Part shown: one piece after another, positions 37,505-48,900 of the stretch
How the letters are laid out: each line of letters begins with the position of its first letter
Position numbering within the stretch: position 1 is the first letter of the stretch
Assembly: GCA_965644295.1 (NCBI GenBank)
Contig: CBFFRP010000288.1
Location: 372,001-436,000, forward strand
Source: Paraphysomonas bandaiensis
Taxonomy: Eukaryota; Protista; Chrysophyceae
Length of the DNA stretch: 64,000 bases
Direction: 5' to 3'
Position numbers and translations under genes: made by a program
Notes under the pieces: generated by a model
What the model saw: only the letters and a program-made list of their open reading frames with translations
Told to the model about the DNA's origin: nothing
Database searches by the model: none

Positions 37505-39866
37505 CTAGCACCCTAATTCCTGTAGACACTTTTTGATATGACCATATGCTTTACACTCTTTAGCTTCCGCCGATAACCTACAATATAAATAAGTACAACA
37601 GGACATATACGTCATAAAACACATACTCGACTAAAGATAATGCCATATTCATAGCAAAGTTCTTTACTTCAATCTCTCCATCTGATAGCGCAGCAGCATA
37701 ACGATCTTTCATGAGAAATTTCATCGTCTTTTTCTGGGCGCATTCCGCAGACAAGAGATCTAAAAATATCTCCTGTTGGCGCGCAAGCTTCGAGAAGTCA
37801 CAAAGTTGAGAGCCTTCTTCCTGGATGCTTACTACGTCTATCTCATTTTTCCATTGAAGCTTCTGCAAATGCATGCTCATTTTAGTTCCATACAATATTA
37901 ATGGAACTCACACCTTCAGATATGAGTATTTGAGTATGATCGCCGTGGCACATGATGACGTGGTCCCGTGCTCGTGGCTTTTGTCACTTTCCGGATTCGT
38001 ATCATGAGAAAACACTCCTCCCATGGCATCCTCAGCAAACTTAACTGATGTGAAGTTCCGCCACTTGAAGTTGTGTTTCTTTTCACACCGGGCAGAAGTA
38101 TCACTTGGGCTACGCGCCTTGCGCACAGAATCGAATATGCGCTGAAAATTATCGTCATCTAGAGAAAACCCCACGCATAAAAGATGTCTTGTGAGGAGGG
38201 TTGACTGCACAATCCCGCCTAGTGCTGCGAATCGATCCTCATATCTGATGTAGTCTCGCTTGGTGAGAACGATCTCACTGGGTCGACAAGAGGACCCATG
38301 CATTTTTAACAGCCACCTAAAAGAATTCGTCATTATCACGAAAAATATAACCCACCTCTTCACCTGTTAGTGCCTTTCACAGGGCGGAACGGCAGCACCG
38401 AAAAATTTCCTGCAGAGCTAAGAATCATATACCTAATTGAAATGAAGTCAAATACAAACCACTGTATTGCCATGCCCTCTCAATGAGGTCATCATAATTA
38501 GTTGTGATGATCTGCCAGTTTCAAATAATTCTCTCATTCAAGTAAAGCATTAAACATACCTCTTTTACGGGTAGAGAGGTCAGCAAGCAATGGGCTACTG
38601 AGCAAACGCGAACACTTGTCTCTTCAGCAATTAAGTCCCCAAGTGTCATCTTTTTGTCACCCACCGCGACATCTTTGTCGTAACAGCTTGCAGTGCTATC
38701 ATAACACTTCTTCGCCATGTTTTTCTTCCATTTCGGATTTACCTTTTTAGCCGCCTTGTTTCCGCCAGCATTTCCTGGGTTGTAAGAATTCGGCAAGGTA
38801 TATTCTGTATCACTTAAGCTTGACCCAGTGCTACAGTCAGTGGAAATAGAATGATCACTTTTATAACTTCCAGAACTGTTCATTTCTTCCACCCAGCGCT
38901 CTATCACCGCCGCCTTGCTGTAGTAGTCTAGGGTCTCAAATTCTTGCAGCATATCTCCATGGATTCCAATTTTTTGAGCTATACGACTTAATAATCCCTC
39001 CCAACTAGGTACACCGGCTCCCATTGATGCACCAGCACCGACAAATAGAGTCAGCTCCCCTCTGACTGCTTGCTGAGCGAGAAATTGGATGGTTGAGGTG
39101 AGTTCGTCCCGAAGGTACTGTTGGCCGGACATACGTCGATAGAGCGGAGAACCAGTACTCTGAAGACACAACATCTGGCGCCGAAGTGATTGAACCAACG
39201 AAAATACTTCTTCCTCTATAGTAACTACCGCAATGTCGACTCGCAGTTCATCCGCGAGCCGGTACAGAGTTGGTAAAAGAAGTTTAATCATTTCTCCAGT
39301 GCGCTGATAGTTTCCCCCGTAACCCGTTCCCAGCAGTGGAGTTGCTAAAAGTGGACATACACCTCGCCGCACCTTTCCATGGATTCCTCGCATGTGAGCA
39401 TCATGTGCTGCAACACGTATAAAGCGCTCGATCTCATTAATGTAACTCACTGTTTGGCCCCTATTCGTACTCAAATGGACGGTATACGGCCTTGGCATAT
39501 CTACTGGCCATGGCTCGTAAGTACAAAGCTTACCCATTACTGTACTAGGATCATCTGTTATTCCTACACAAACTTCTTCTGCATCATCAGGGAAGTCTTC
39601 ACAATATCGTGCATCTAAAGCAGCCCCTCCTGCGCCCAACCATGCATCACAGCATAACTCTTTTATATTACCCAATATAGCAAACACATAACCATAACTA
39701 TCTGAGTTATCCTACATCAAATAATATGAATCATATGAGACTTGTCGTATGAGGGTTTACTGACCTCTGACGGTGTATCACTCTTCTCTGTATGGTCTCC
39801 AGAATCAGAACCAGATATCTTTTGATCTTGATTCTGATAACACTGATTCTTATTTGCTTTTATCAT
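37505..39866 (-). CDS. Macro-like + SIR2_2 (immune-type sirtuin-fold) protein, 7 exons
   Basis: After splicing six GT-AG introns: GYVFAILGNIKELCCDAW, PLLGTGYGG, LFVGAGASMGAGVPSW, ITTNYDDLIE, LLKMHGS, VLTKRDY, LLCVGFSLDDDNF and ARQQEIFLDLL. Confidence 0.85.
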
Positions 39867-39972
39867 TTCAGTTTAGAGGTAATGTTGGAGAGAAGGGGAC
39901 AGATAAGAGATACTGCTGTATATAATGACCCGTCCTAACAAGATTCCCCAAGAATATACATACATACTGCTG

Positions 39973-40004
39973 TACATACATACATACATACATACATACA
40001 TACA

Positions 40005-40036
<32 letters not shown>

Positions 40037-40198
40037 CATACATACATACATACATACATACATACGTACATACATACATACATACATACATACATACATA
40101 CATACATACATACATACATACATACATACATACATACATACATACATACATACATACATACATACATACATACATACATACATACATACATACATACA
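39973..40198. repeat. (TACA)n microsatellite, ~56 units
   Basis: Directly visible, with two interruptions. Confidence 0.98.
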
Positions 40199-40589
40199 CT
40201 CTGCTCTATAGTATACAGCAGTACGGGGTACATAAACTGTGCGAAGATAGCCATTTTAATCATAGGAATTCCTAGGGTTTTTGCATATGGAATGCTGGAA
40301 AAATATACTTTTCATGTGCTGTATTATAAGTACACTAGATTTTAGTTATGACCAACAATTTCAAATGAAGTGCTGATGATGATGTCTGGTATACAGAGTA
40401 GCTATTAGGCTTCGTGCATATGCATGGCATGGGCATAGATTATAGTAAACCTATCGGGGTTACTTACACTCTGGCCAATTGGCGTGGCATACTCTCATCG
40501 CTACTGTTTCTCTACAGAGTGTAAAACGAACAATCTATCCTACCTTTAAAGGATATTGTAAGTAGGATATCGGGTACATTCAGCTGGAA

Positions 40590-41826
40590 ATGTTGCACAA
40601 TATATGTCGTATCGGTGCTGTGGCAGCTGGATCAATGTTTTGTATATCACCCGCAAGTTCTCTCTGTGATGAAGCGAAAAAAGATTTTGTTCCAGCAAAT
40701 AAGTTATTATTTTCATCTGCTTCGAGCTTGAGACCTGTAAAGAAGAAGAAGGAAGCTACTTCTGCTGCTTTGGTTATTGTATCTGGAACATGTCATCCTA
40801 AATTATCAAAAGAAATTGCAGACATTCTAGGTGTTTCCTTACATCACACAGAAATATCTCGATTTGCTGATGGTGAGGTTAAAATTGAACTGGAAAGTAT
40901 TAGAGGTGGCAATGTATTTGTTGTCCAACCCTGTGGGAATCCTGTCAGCGACAGTTCTATGGAGTTATTGCTTGCGATCTCTGCTGCTAAACGAGCTGGA
41001 GCAAAAAAAGTGACCGCTGTCATGCCATACTATCCTTTCAAGCATCATAGACGAGGCATGCCTCGTTCCAATAAGCATAAATCGAAGTTTTTGATATCTG
41101 CAGCGATGGACTTTGCTAAGATGCTACAAGAGATGGGAACAGATAGAGTGGTGACCGTGGATCTGCAGAGGCCAGGTCAAGGGCAGGAAGCCTGTTTCTT
41201 TGACAACTCGATACCTTTAGAGAACATTGTTACTACCAAATTAATATCGGATTACTTCCTTGAAACGGTGAAGCTGGAGGGTAACACAGTAGTAATCTCT
41301 CCCAACTACGAGTGCATGAACAAAGCAGTAAAATACGAGAGCCGGCTGCAGCAAGCGTACCCCGATGCTAACGTGACTCTCTCGGCTCTCGTTCACCATG
41401 GAATATCGGCACACAAACAGAGCACCGACCTTGAGGCTTTGGGAAAGCTGGAGGTATGATATTGAATGTTTTTATGATGTATGTCATGGTTACCTGCCCC
41501 AGGTGGAAGGTGCGAATGTGGTAATTATAGACGACATTATTGACTCCGGAGAAACCATCTCGTATATTGCAAACCGCGTCAAAAATGCCGGTGCCAAAAG
41601 GGTCTTCGCCATTGCATCCCACGGAGTTTTCACAGTGAGTGCCATGCAGGTCATCGATCGCAGCCCTATCGAGAAGGTAATTGTGACAAACTCTCTCCCG
41701 CTTCCCGCTGTGCACAGCTCCAAGATAGAGCAGGTGTCTGTGGCGCCCCTGCTGGCTCAGGTAATATGGACTGAGCAGTACAAGAGCAGAACAATTGACG
41801 AGGAGTATGAGATTGAGTTCCATTAG
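40590..41826 (+). CDS. Ribose-phosphate pyrophosphokinase (PRPS)-like protein with degenerate catalytic motifs, 2 exons
   Basis: RFADGEV, MELLLAISAAKRAGAKKVTAVMPY, IIDDIIDSGET, SHGVF and VTNS motifs. Confidence 0.85.
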
Positions 41827-42192
41827 ATAGACTAAATACTTCATAACATGAGAGTAGCTATTCAGTAACGTATAAAGCAGATATTTATTGGTGAAAGTAA
41901 AAGGAACTATTATTGGTCCTAGTCAGTCTGTTGGAATTTCCTAATCACACCTAAAATAGTGTAAAACACCCAAGTGAAACACTTTCATAGTTGATGCAAT
42001 TTATTCTTGCCAGTTGCGAACGATATCATCGTAAAAAAGTGAAGTGACAGCTACATCACACCATGAAATTCACTATTACGGAAAGAAGTAATCAATTAGT
42101 AATAATTAGTGCACAATGCAGCTTTAACTCCCACAAATGAAAGGTAGAAGCTTCAACTGTATACATTATGACACATAACAACTGTAATTTAT

Positions 42193-43416
42193 TTACGAAG
42201 ACTTATTTCTATGACTCGATAAGAGCTGCACATACTCCGACTTTTCGCAAAACCCAACAGCCTGGGCACTTAATCCGGCTGCTCTGATTGCCTCCTTGAG
42301 TTCCTTGACAGACATGTCCGCAGGGTCTTTGGCAGGAATAGCAAACGAGGCATCATTTGGTAAGACACGGGTAAGAAAATCGAGAGCATGGTTCAATTCC
42401 TCAGGACTGACAGAGTGAGTCAGGCCGGGATAACCCTTAAGCTCATATTGCGAGGCACCCTGCACACAAACAACAACGCATAACAAAAATTCAATTAGTA
42501 CCGGAAATGGGACTCTACCTGTCTTGTGATCTCAGCCTTTGTTTTTTCGGCCCAATCATATCGAACCTGTAGAGAATTTCATTAAAAAGTCAATTATCTA
42601 TGGTAAACCTACCATGGGGTCGGAAAGGCCGTGGCAATGAAGAATCGGAGTATCCTCAAGCCCTGGTGTCAGATGAAAGTTCTTAGCGGCCGGAAGATAT
42701 CCTGACATGACCAATATGCCAGCTAACTTCTCTTCCTGCTGCAGTTGCATTCCCACGGTTAGTGACATGGCTCCTCCCTGGAGAGTAAATAAGACAATAT
42801 CAAAATATACACTACGAAAATGTGGTACCTGAGAAAATCCAGCAAGCACCATACGAGAATAGGGAATGCCAGCGGCATTTTCTCGCTTGAGGACGTCACG
42901 GATAGTAGCACAACTTTCGGCAAGTCCATCACAGGTCTCGGATGCTCTGTCATCAAGGCCGACAATGTCATACCAGCTATTCATAGCCATGCCACCATTC
43001 AATGTCACAGGCTGGCAGGGTGCTACACAAGGCAAATATTAAATATCACTTACAACCCAGTACACAGTCACCAACCGGTTGGTAGTATAAATTTGCAATA
43101 CGGCATTCTGGAGGAAAACATCTCCGCTACATCAGCAAATCCATCAGCAGAATCCCCCAAACCATGCATAATAAGCCTGAAGCCATGAAAAATATTAATT
43201 CATAATAGCCATATGGGTAAATTAAATTATGATATACATCGTTGCAGAGTGTTGTCCATCTGGTGGAACTATAGTGATGGTATTACTGGCCCCGTCACGA
43301 ATAACTCTCGATGCCATTCTTTTCTGCACACTTCTACTGGACGAATGCCAGATAGGTCGAATGAAATTGAAAGTTATATCTCGTAGTGCCCTGTGGCAAT
43401 GTACACCCAATAGCAT
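42193..43416 (-). CDS. Acyl-protein thioesterase/lysophospholipase (APT1-like) with C-terminal helical module, 6 exons; alternative ATG at 43317
   Basis: MHGLGDS, NSWYDI, GFSQGG, HGLSDPMV and GLTHSV give an intact Ser-Asp-His triad. Confidence 0.9.
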
Positions 43417-43881
43417 TCCCTTTCCTAGGAATAATGTGGGTACAGTGTGTTGTACTCCTATGCTGTTACTGTATGTAATCGATCCCAATCGTCGTCCTGC
43501 TGTTGTGAGTATACCTATACACACTCTGCATATACTGCTGTATATAGACTACTGTCGGACAAAAGTGGAGAATTATATAACTTTTATTAATTTTCTACTG
43601 TACGTAATTCATAAATTCTCAATATTTCCCAATATATTAACTGTTTTATGCAAGAAAATCCTGATTTCTCAGTTTTCACAATAACATTCTGGAAGTTCTT
43701 TCATTAGAAAATGCATGAAAATAAGCCACACAAGAAGACATACTGTATATACACAGCAGTATATAGAAGCCTACTTCTATTATAAGCAAACTGCTCTATA
43801 AGAGACTGCTCTATACACTATTAATTACTGGAGTCAAGGTCCTTGTTCCTTTCCTTCCTAATACGAGGTTAATTATATACA

Positions 43882-44729
43882 ATGGGGCCTAAGAAAATAC
43901 CAATGAACTCCAAGGCTGCTGCAGCCATGCAGCGTAAAGCGGAACAAGAGGCTGAGAAAGAGAGAAAGAAAGCAGCTGAACAGGAAAGACAAGAAGCAGC
44001 TGAATGGGAAGTAGGGGCAAATAAGAAGAGTTCAGCTAGAAAGAAGGTAGAGACGATATGCGTCTGTTTAAGATGTTTGTTTTATTTATTGAAAAGGAAA
44101 CAGAGGAGCAGCACGCAGCTAAAATGGCCAAGAAAGCGGAGATTGCAGCACTCTTACAAGAAGAGGAAGGGTCTGTTGCGAGTGCAAAAAAGAAGACGAA
44201 AAAGAAAGGAAAAGATGACTTTGATAAGTTGAATGAAGCCCTTGCTGCTGCACCGAAGACCAAGGCCCAGAAGCTCCAGGAACAGAAAAAGAAGGCCGAT
44301 GAAGAACGCCGTAAGAAAGAGGAAGAAGCCCGTGCCCTCAAAGAAGAGAGGCGACTTGCGCAGGAGGAGGAGAGACGAAAGGCTGCTGCTCGTGGTATAG
44401 TAATAGACCACGGGGATGACTTGATGGTGGAGAATACCAACCGACGTGAAAGTGATTTCACAGAAGTGACTGGTGTGGAGGCGGCTATTGACGTCCTTTC
44501 CATGGGTGACCAGCCTGTGGATGCCCATCCTGAGAGAAGACAAAAAGCACTTCATAATGCCTACGTAGAGAAAATGCTTCCAATTGTAAAGCAAGAGCAT
44601 CCAGGTCTAAAGTTGTCTCAGTACAAGGAACGCATATTCGAAATGTGGAAGACGTCACCTGAGAATCCCAGATACCAGGCAGCTCTGGCATCTGCTGCAT
44701 CCAGGCAGCAACAGAGTGATGTTGCATAA
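43882..44729 (+). CDS. CCDC124: CCDC124/Lso2 ribosome-binding protein, 2 exons
   Basis: MGPKK...NSKA start, coiled coil, and HPERRQKA...PGLKLSQYKERIFEMWKTSPENP. Confidence 0.9.
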
Positions 44730-45957
44730 GCTATAGATCAATCGAATGGAACTGGCTTTGTATAATGAGGAGATGGGTTGGCGATAACATATAAAAATTG
44801 TATTTCTATATATGGCAACTGCCTGCTTTGGTTTTGTTTTATTGGTGTAATACCATCAATAACACCTAATAGAACTACATATTGTTCTGTGCAATGTCTT
44901 TCATTACTATCAACATTTACTGTACCCCTTTTTATGCTTCTCCAGCGGGTTTTCTCATCATAGAGTGTATTGCTACATCTCAGACAACTACATGGAAAGC
45001 AAAAACATTTTCATTAGCTTCACTGGGGTAACACTATTCCTTCGTGTCCTTGTAGCCACGCCTCATCACATACTCTTGATTGTCACTCTATCTGAAAGAA
45101 CGGAGTGTTCTACCTTTACTCAGAAAGCATTCGTCATAAAAGCAAAACTATAATAGTAAGTGAAATAATTCTCTAAGTACAAGCTTTCTTACTGCAGACT
45201 GCAGACGCATAAGCTCACAGAATGGGCCGGGTGTTCTTAGTCTAGATCCCACAGAAGGGATTATTACAAAATCAAGGAGAGCGAAACAATGCTTATGATG
45301 CAATGACTGATGCATTAGATAGACATATTGGCTAGATTTCTTAGGGTACACACGCCATATATCAACCCTCTTCTTTAGAATCCTTATGTGTTTATGTTAC
45401 CTCCTTGGGTTCAATTTAATTCATATTATTGATTAGTTCTCTGACTCCCCTTTTCCTTATCTATATAAAAAATATTGAAAATAATCTGCAGTGACTGAAT
45501 AAATCAATGTATACATGTATACAGCTGAATTACGCACAACAGTAATGAAATCGATCATCTAGTTCATAATGTCGGTGCTTCTGAAGAAACAAAGTAGGAA
45601 AAAGTACCACCGGAATGACGATATTTCATTGTGCTTCGAAAATCAAGAAGACCATTGCTTAAGTCTTGAACGGGGTGTACAGAGAAAAGCAAAGACAAAG
45701 ATCGCATTCTAATATTTCATTGTGTGCGTTGACAGACATTCTACTCCAAGAAAGATCAATGACAAATATTTTATAGACAATCTGCTGAATTCAAATCTTG
45801 AAAGTTTTGTACTTCAAGGTGCATAAATATATTTTATAAAGGACCATCATTTCCCCATATAATCCAATCTGTCAGTTACAAAGTGTTATGTTGAGGAACA
45901 TATATTAATTAGATTGATAACTACGGACGAAAAATTCAATTTTTTCACACAAGAACA

Positions 45958-48900
45958 TTACATTTGAAACGGCATAGGTTCTCTCTTGTTGGTGTTTACC
46001 ACAAGAGTTCCTCTGCATACACTAGATCCAACTTCTGCATGGAAGCTCTTTTCAATTCTCTGCTCGAATGATGCCGCTATGTCACCTAGTGTAATATGCA
46101 CTACACCAACAAATCGAAGAGGCGATCCCCTTGCGATTTGAATTACAACAACGTCATCTGATTGAGACAATTCGTTAAACTGTTCACAGACAATTATTTC
46201 GATAGGGTCGAATAAAACAAGAGATGGGGAGTGATCATGAAACATAACGTGTGAATTTTCGATCTGTACAGTTCCCAGGGGTGAGCGAACGACACAAGAT
46301 ATAGAGTCCAATGTACGCGATGGAAATGTCAACCCAATAATTTCTGCAATCTCAATGCTCAATGTGATACCCATAGATATGCTTGGACCTTCATCAATGA
46401 GTGACATTGTGCTCGACTTCTTTACCACTGCAACCTGTGGTTTCGATATTGACGGTGGGCAGGTAACAGCTCGCTGCTGTTCCGGCATCTGAAAAGGAAC
46501 CACTGGTGTTACTTCCTGGCCACTCTTTTTCATCAAATACTTCTTAACTTGATATACTTTGGAGTTTACTTCTGTTTGAAGCTGTGCCAGTAGATTTAAG
46601 AAATTCATTTCCATCGAACGTATGTCTTTCATGAACGACTCCCTCGTTTCGCCCTCTTTATCCTCTGTAACTAAATTTAAACACATTGCCTTGTTTGTCG
46701 GGACCCAAGATATATCGTTGGCGTCTATACATCGGCGCACATACTGCTCTAGCCCGTCGTCATCATCCTTGTCCTGCTCCCAGATATATAGGATAAAAAA
46801 TAAATAGTTCCACATGTTGTGTTCTGTTTTGATATGGTACTTGAACCCCTTCGATGCTTTGTCGCGATCAAAGACTTGCTTGTTAATACCACATATGAAA
46901 CAAGTCTCTGTGGTGTCTCTCAATCTGTCAATCTTAGCCAGACGGAGCTCCGAGAAAGTATCAACAGTAATACCTCGAATTACATTAAGCAGCACAAAAC
47001 GAATCGCAATATCAAATGCCATGCTGAAGTACCACTGATTGTTTATGCGTTGATGCATATCTGCGTTGAAATCACCACTCCTACCATAGCCAACAGAGAA
47101 TTTGAAGCACTTATACAAAGATGAACAGTCGTCGGGAAAGGCCAACGCCCCAGCAGAGTTATATTCCAGAAACTGCATATGTCATATTAGTGTATACAAC
47201 GCAAAATGATAGTATACTTACCAACACCATCGCAAATATATACATCACAATAACACAGAGCAGACAGGCCATTGCTAACTGCTTGATAGGTGTAAAAACC
47301 GCAATGATAACATCCATAGCGTATGAGTTCTTTACTATAATATCTAATAGCAACAAAGTAAGAATGTGATCGACTGAAATGCTCCCCGCGGCAAGTATTA
47401 CGTATACAAAGTAATACAATGTCAATGGTTCCAATGCGGTCGCTACCAAGGACCTTAGGACTCCTTTGCCTTGCTTCATAGCAGTAATATATTTCACAGG
47501 GGCCCTTACAATGAGGAACAGTACTAATGTAAAAGACGAAAACACAATCTGAAATGTATTTAATACATTCACTGCAGATCGAATATTACTTGGTAGAGTA
47601 GGTTTACCGCACACAACCTCAGTTTCTTCCTCCTCACTGTACCCTTCGAAACATTCGCTACCATCATAAAACATGATTAACAGGAAATTGATGGTACAAC
47701 ATATCAAAAAAGTAACCCATGTGGCACGATTCTGATTTTGTTGACTGAATATCTTATTCACCCCTACTTCTTCAAGTGACTGCTGATGCAAGAGGTCGGT
47801 GTATATAACTTTTGCCCGAGTATACATATCCAAGATTTTATTTTCCTGGGACGAGCGATCCACGAATTCGACGAACTTCGATTTCGCATTATCAGTGAAC
47901 TGCTTGCACAGAGTTGGCACATTGTAAAATCTGCGCTGTAACTCCCCTCTCCACATGATCTCAACACTTGCAACACTTGAACTTCCCATCGTATTGTCAG
48001 AATTCTTCATGATATCCAACTCATTCCTTAAACTTGGTTTGAAATCACACAGCATCTGGAGAAGTACCAAGCTTTCTGTGCGCAATACCAACTCAATTTC
48101 CTCGGCTTCTTCGTCTTTCTCCGCATCATCTTCTGATGACTCAGCAGGGGCACACATAAGCTGGATGACATCTAAATGAATAACACTCAGCACACGTTCG
48201 TAGACAGCTAGCTTTTGCCCTTGGCCCTCCAAAAGAGCTTGAAAGATGTCGATGCCCGTTTTCTTGAGTTCCAGCTCTTTACCAACATCACAGTCACCCG
48301 TCACACGAGCTCTCATCTGATGATTTAATGTCTCGATCAAGGATGTATTCAGTGCAAAGTGGTCCTGATTTCCTTCACATGGCCCTTGAATCACTTCAAG
48401 TACTGTGGCTCCTACAGCAAGTGCTGCAGCGGTTGAGGTCTTACACGGAATACGTCCAAGACTCACCAAGTATGCCACCATGTCATCCAGTAGGTTTATC
48501 GACACTATTTTCCCAGGTTGTTCCCGCATAATGTCTTGATTCGGTCCATAGTGACCCTCGCACATCAGTTGCATAAATCGCACTGATATTATTTCTGGCG
48601 GAAGGTCGGGCTCTTCATCATCCTTCAATGTAATGACGCCATTCCAATCGTGCCAAGACATTAACTCGGCAATGATTTTCCGTAGCTGTAAGAAAAAAAA
48701 CTCAGAGTCGCCTGTTGACAGGTGATTGTACATCGTCTGCTGAACTTGTAGTGCTCCACCCTCTTTAAATAGCATGGCAACGCCCAACTTCACACACTCA
48801 AGAATAAGTTCACGGTCAATGCCGGGAGAAATCAGATCCAAACACAGCGTGGTCGCGCCACACGCATTGAATGTCTTCACAATATCTTCACAGGCAATAT

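Noticed and set aside
39868-40275. ORFs encoding MYVC/YIHT repeats
   Set aside because: Translation artefacts of the (TACA)n microsatellite.
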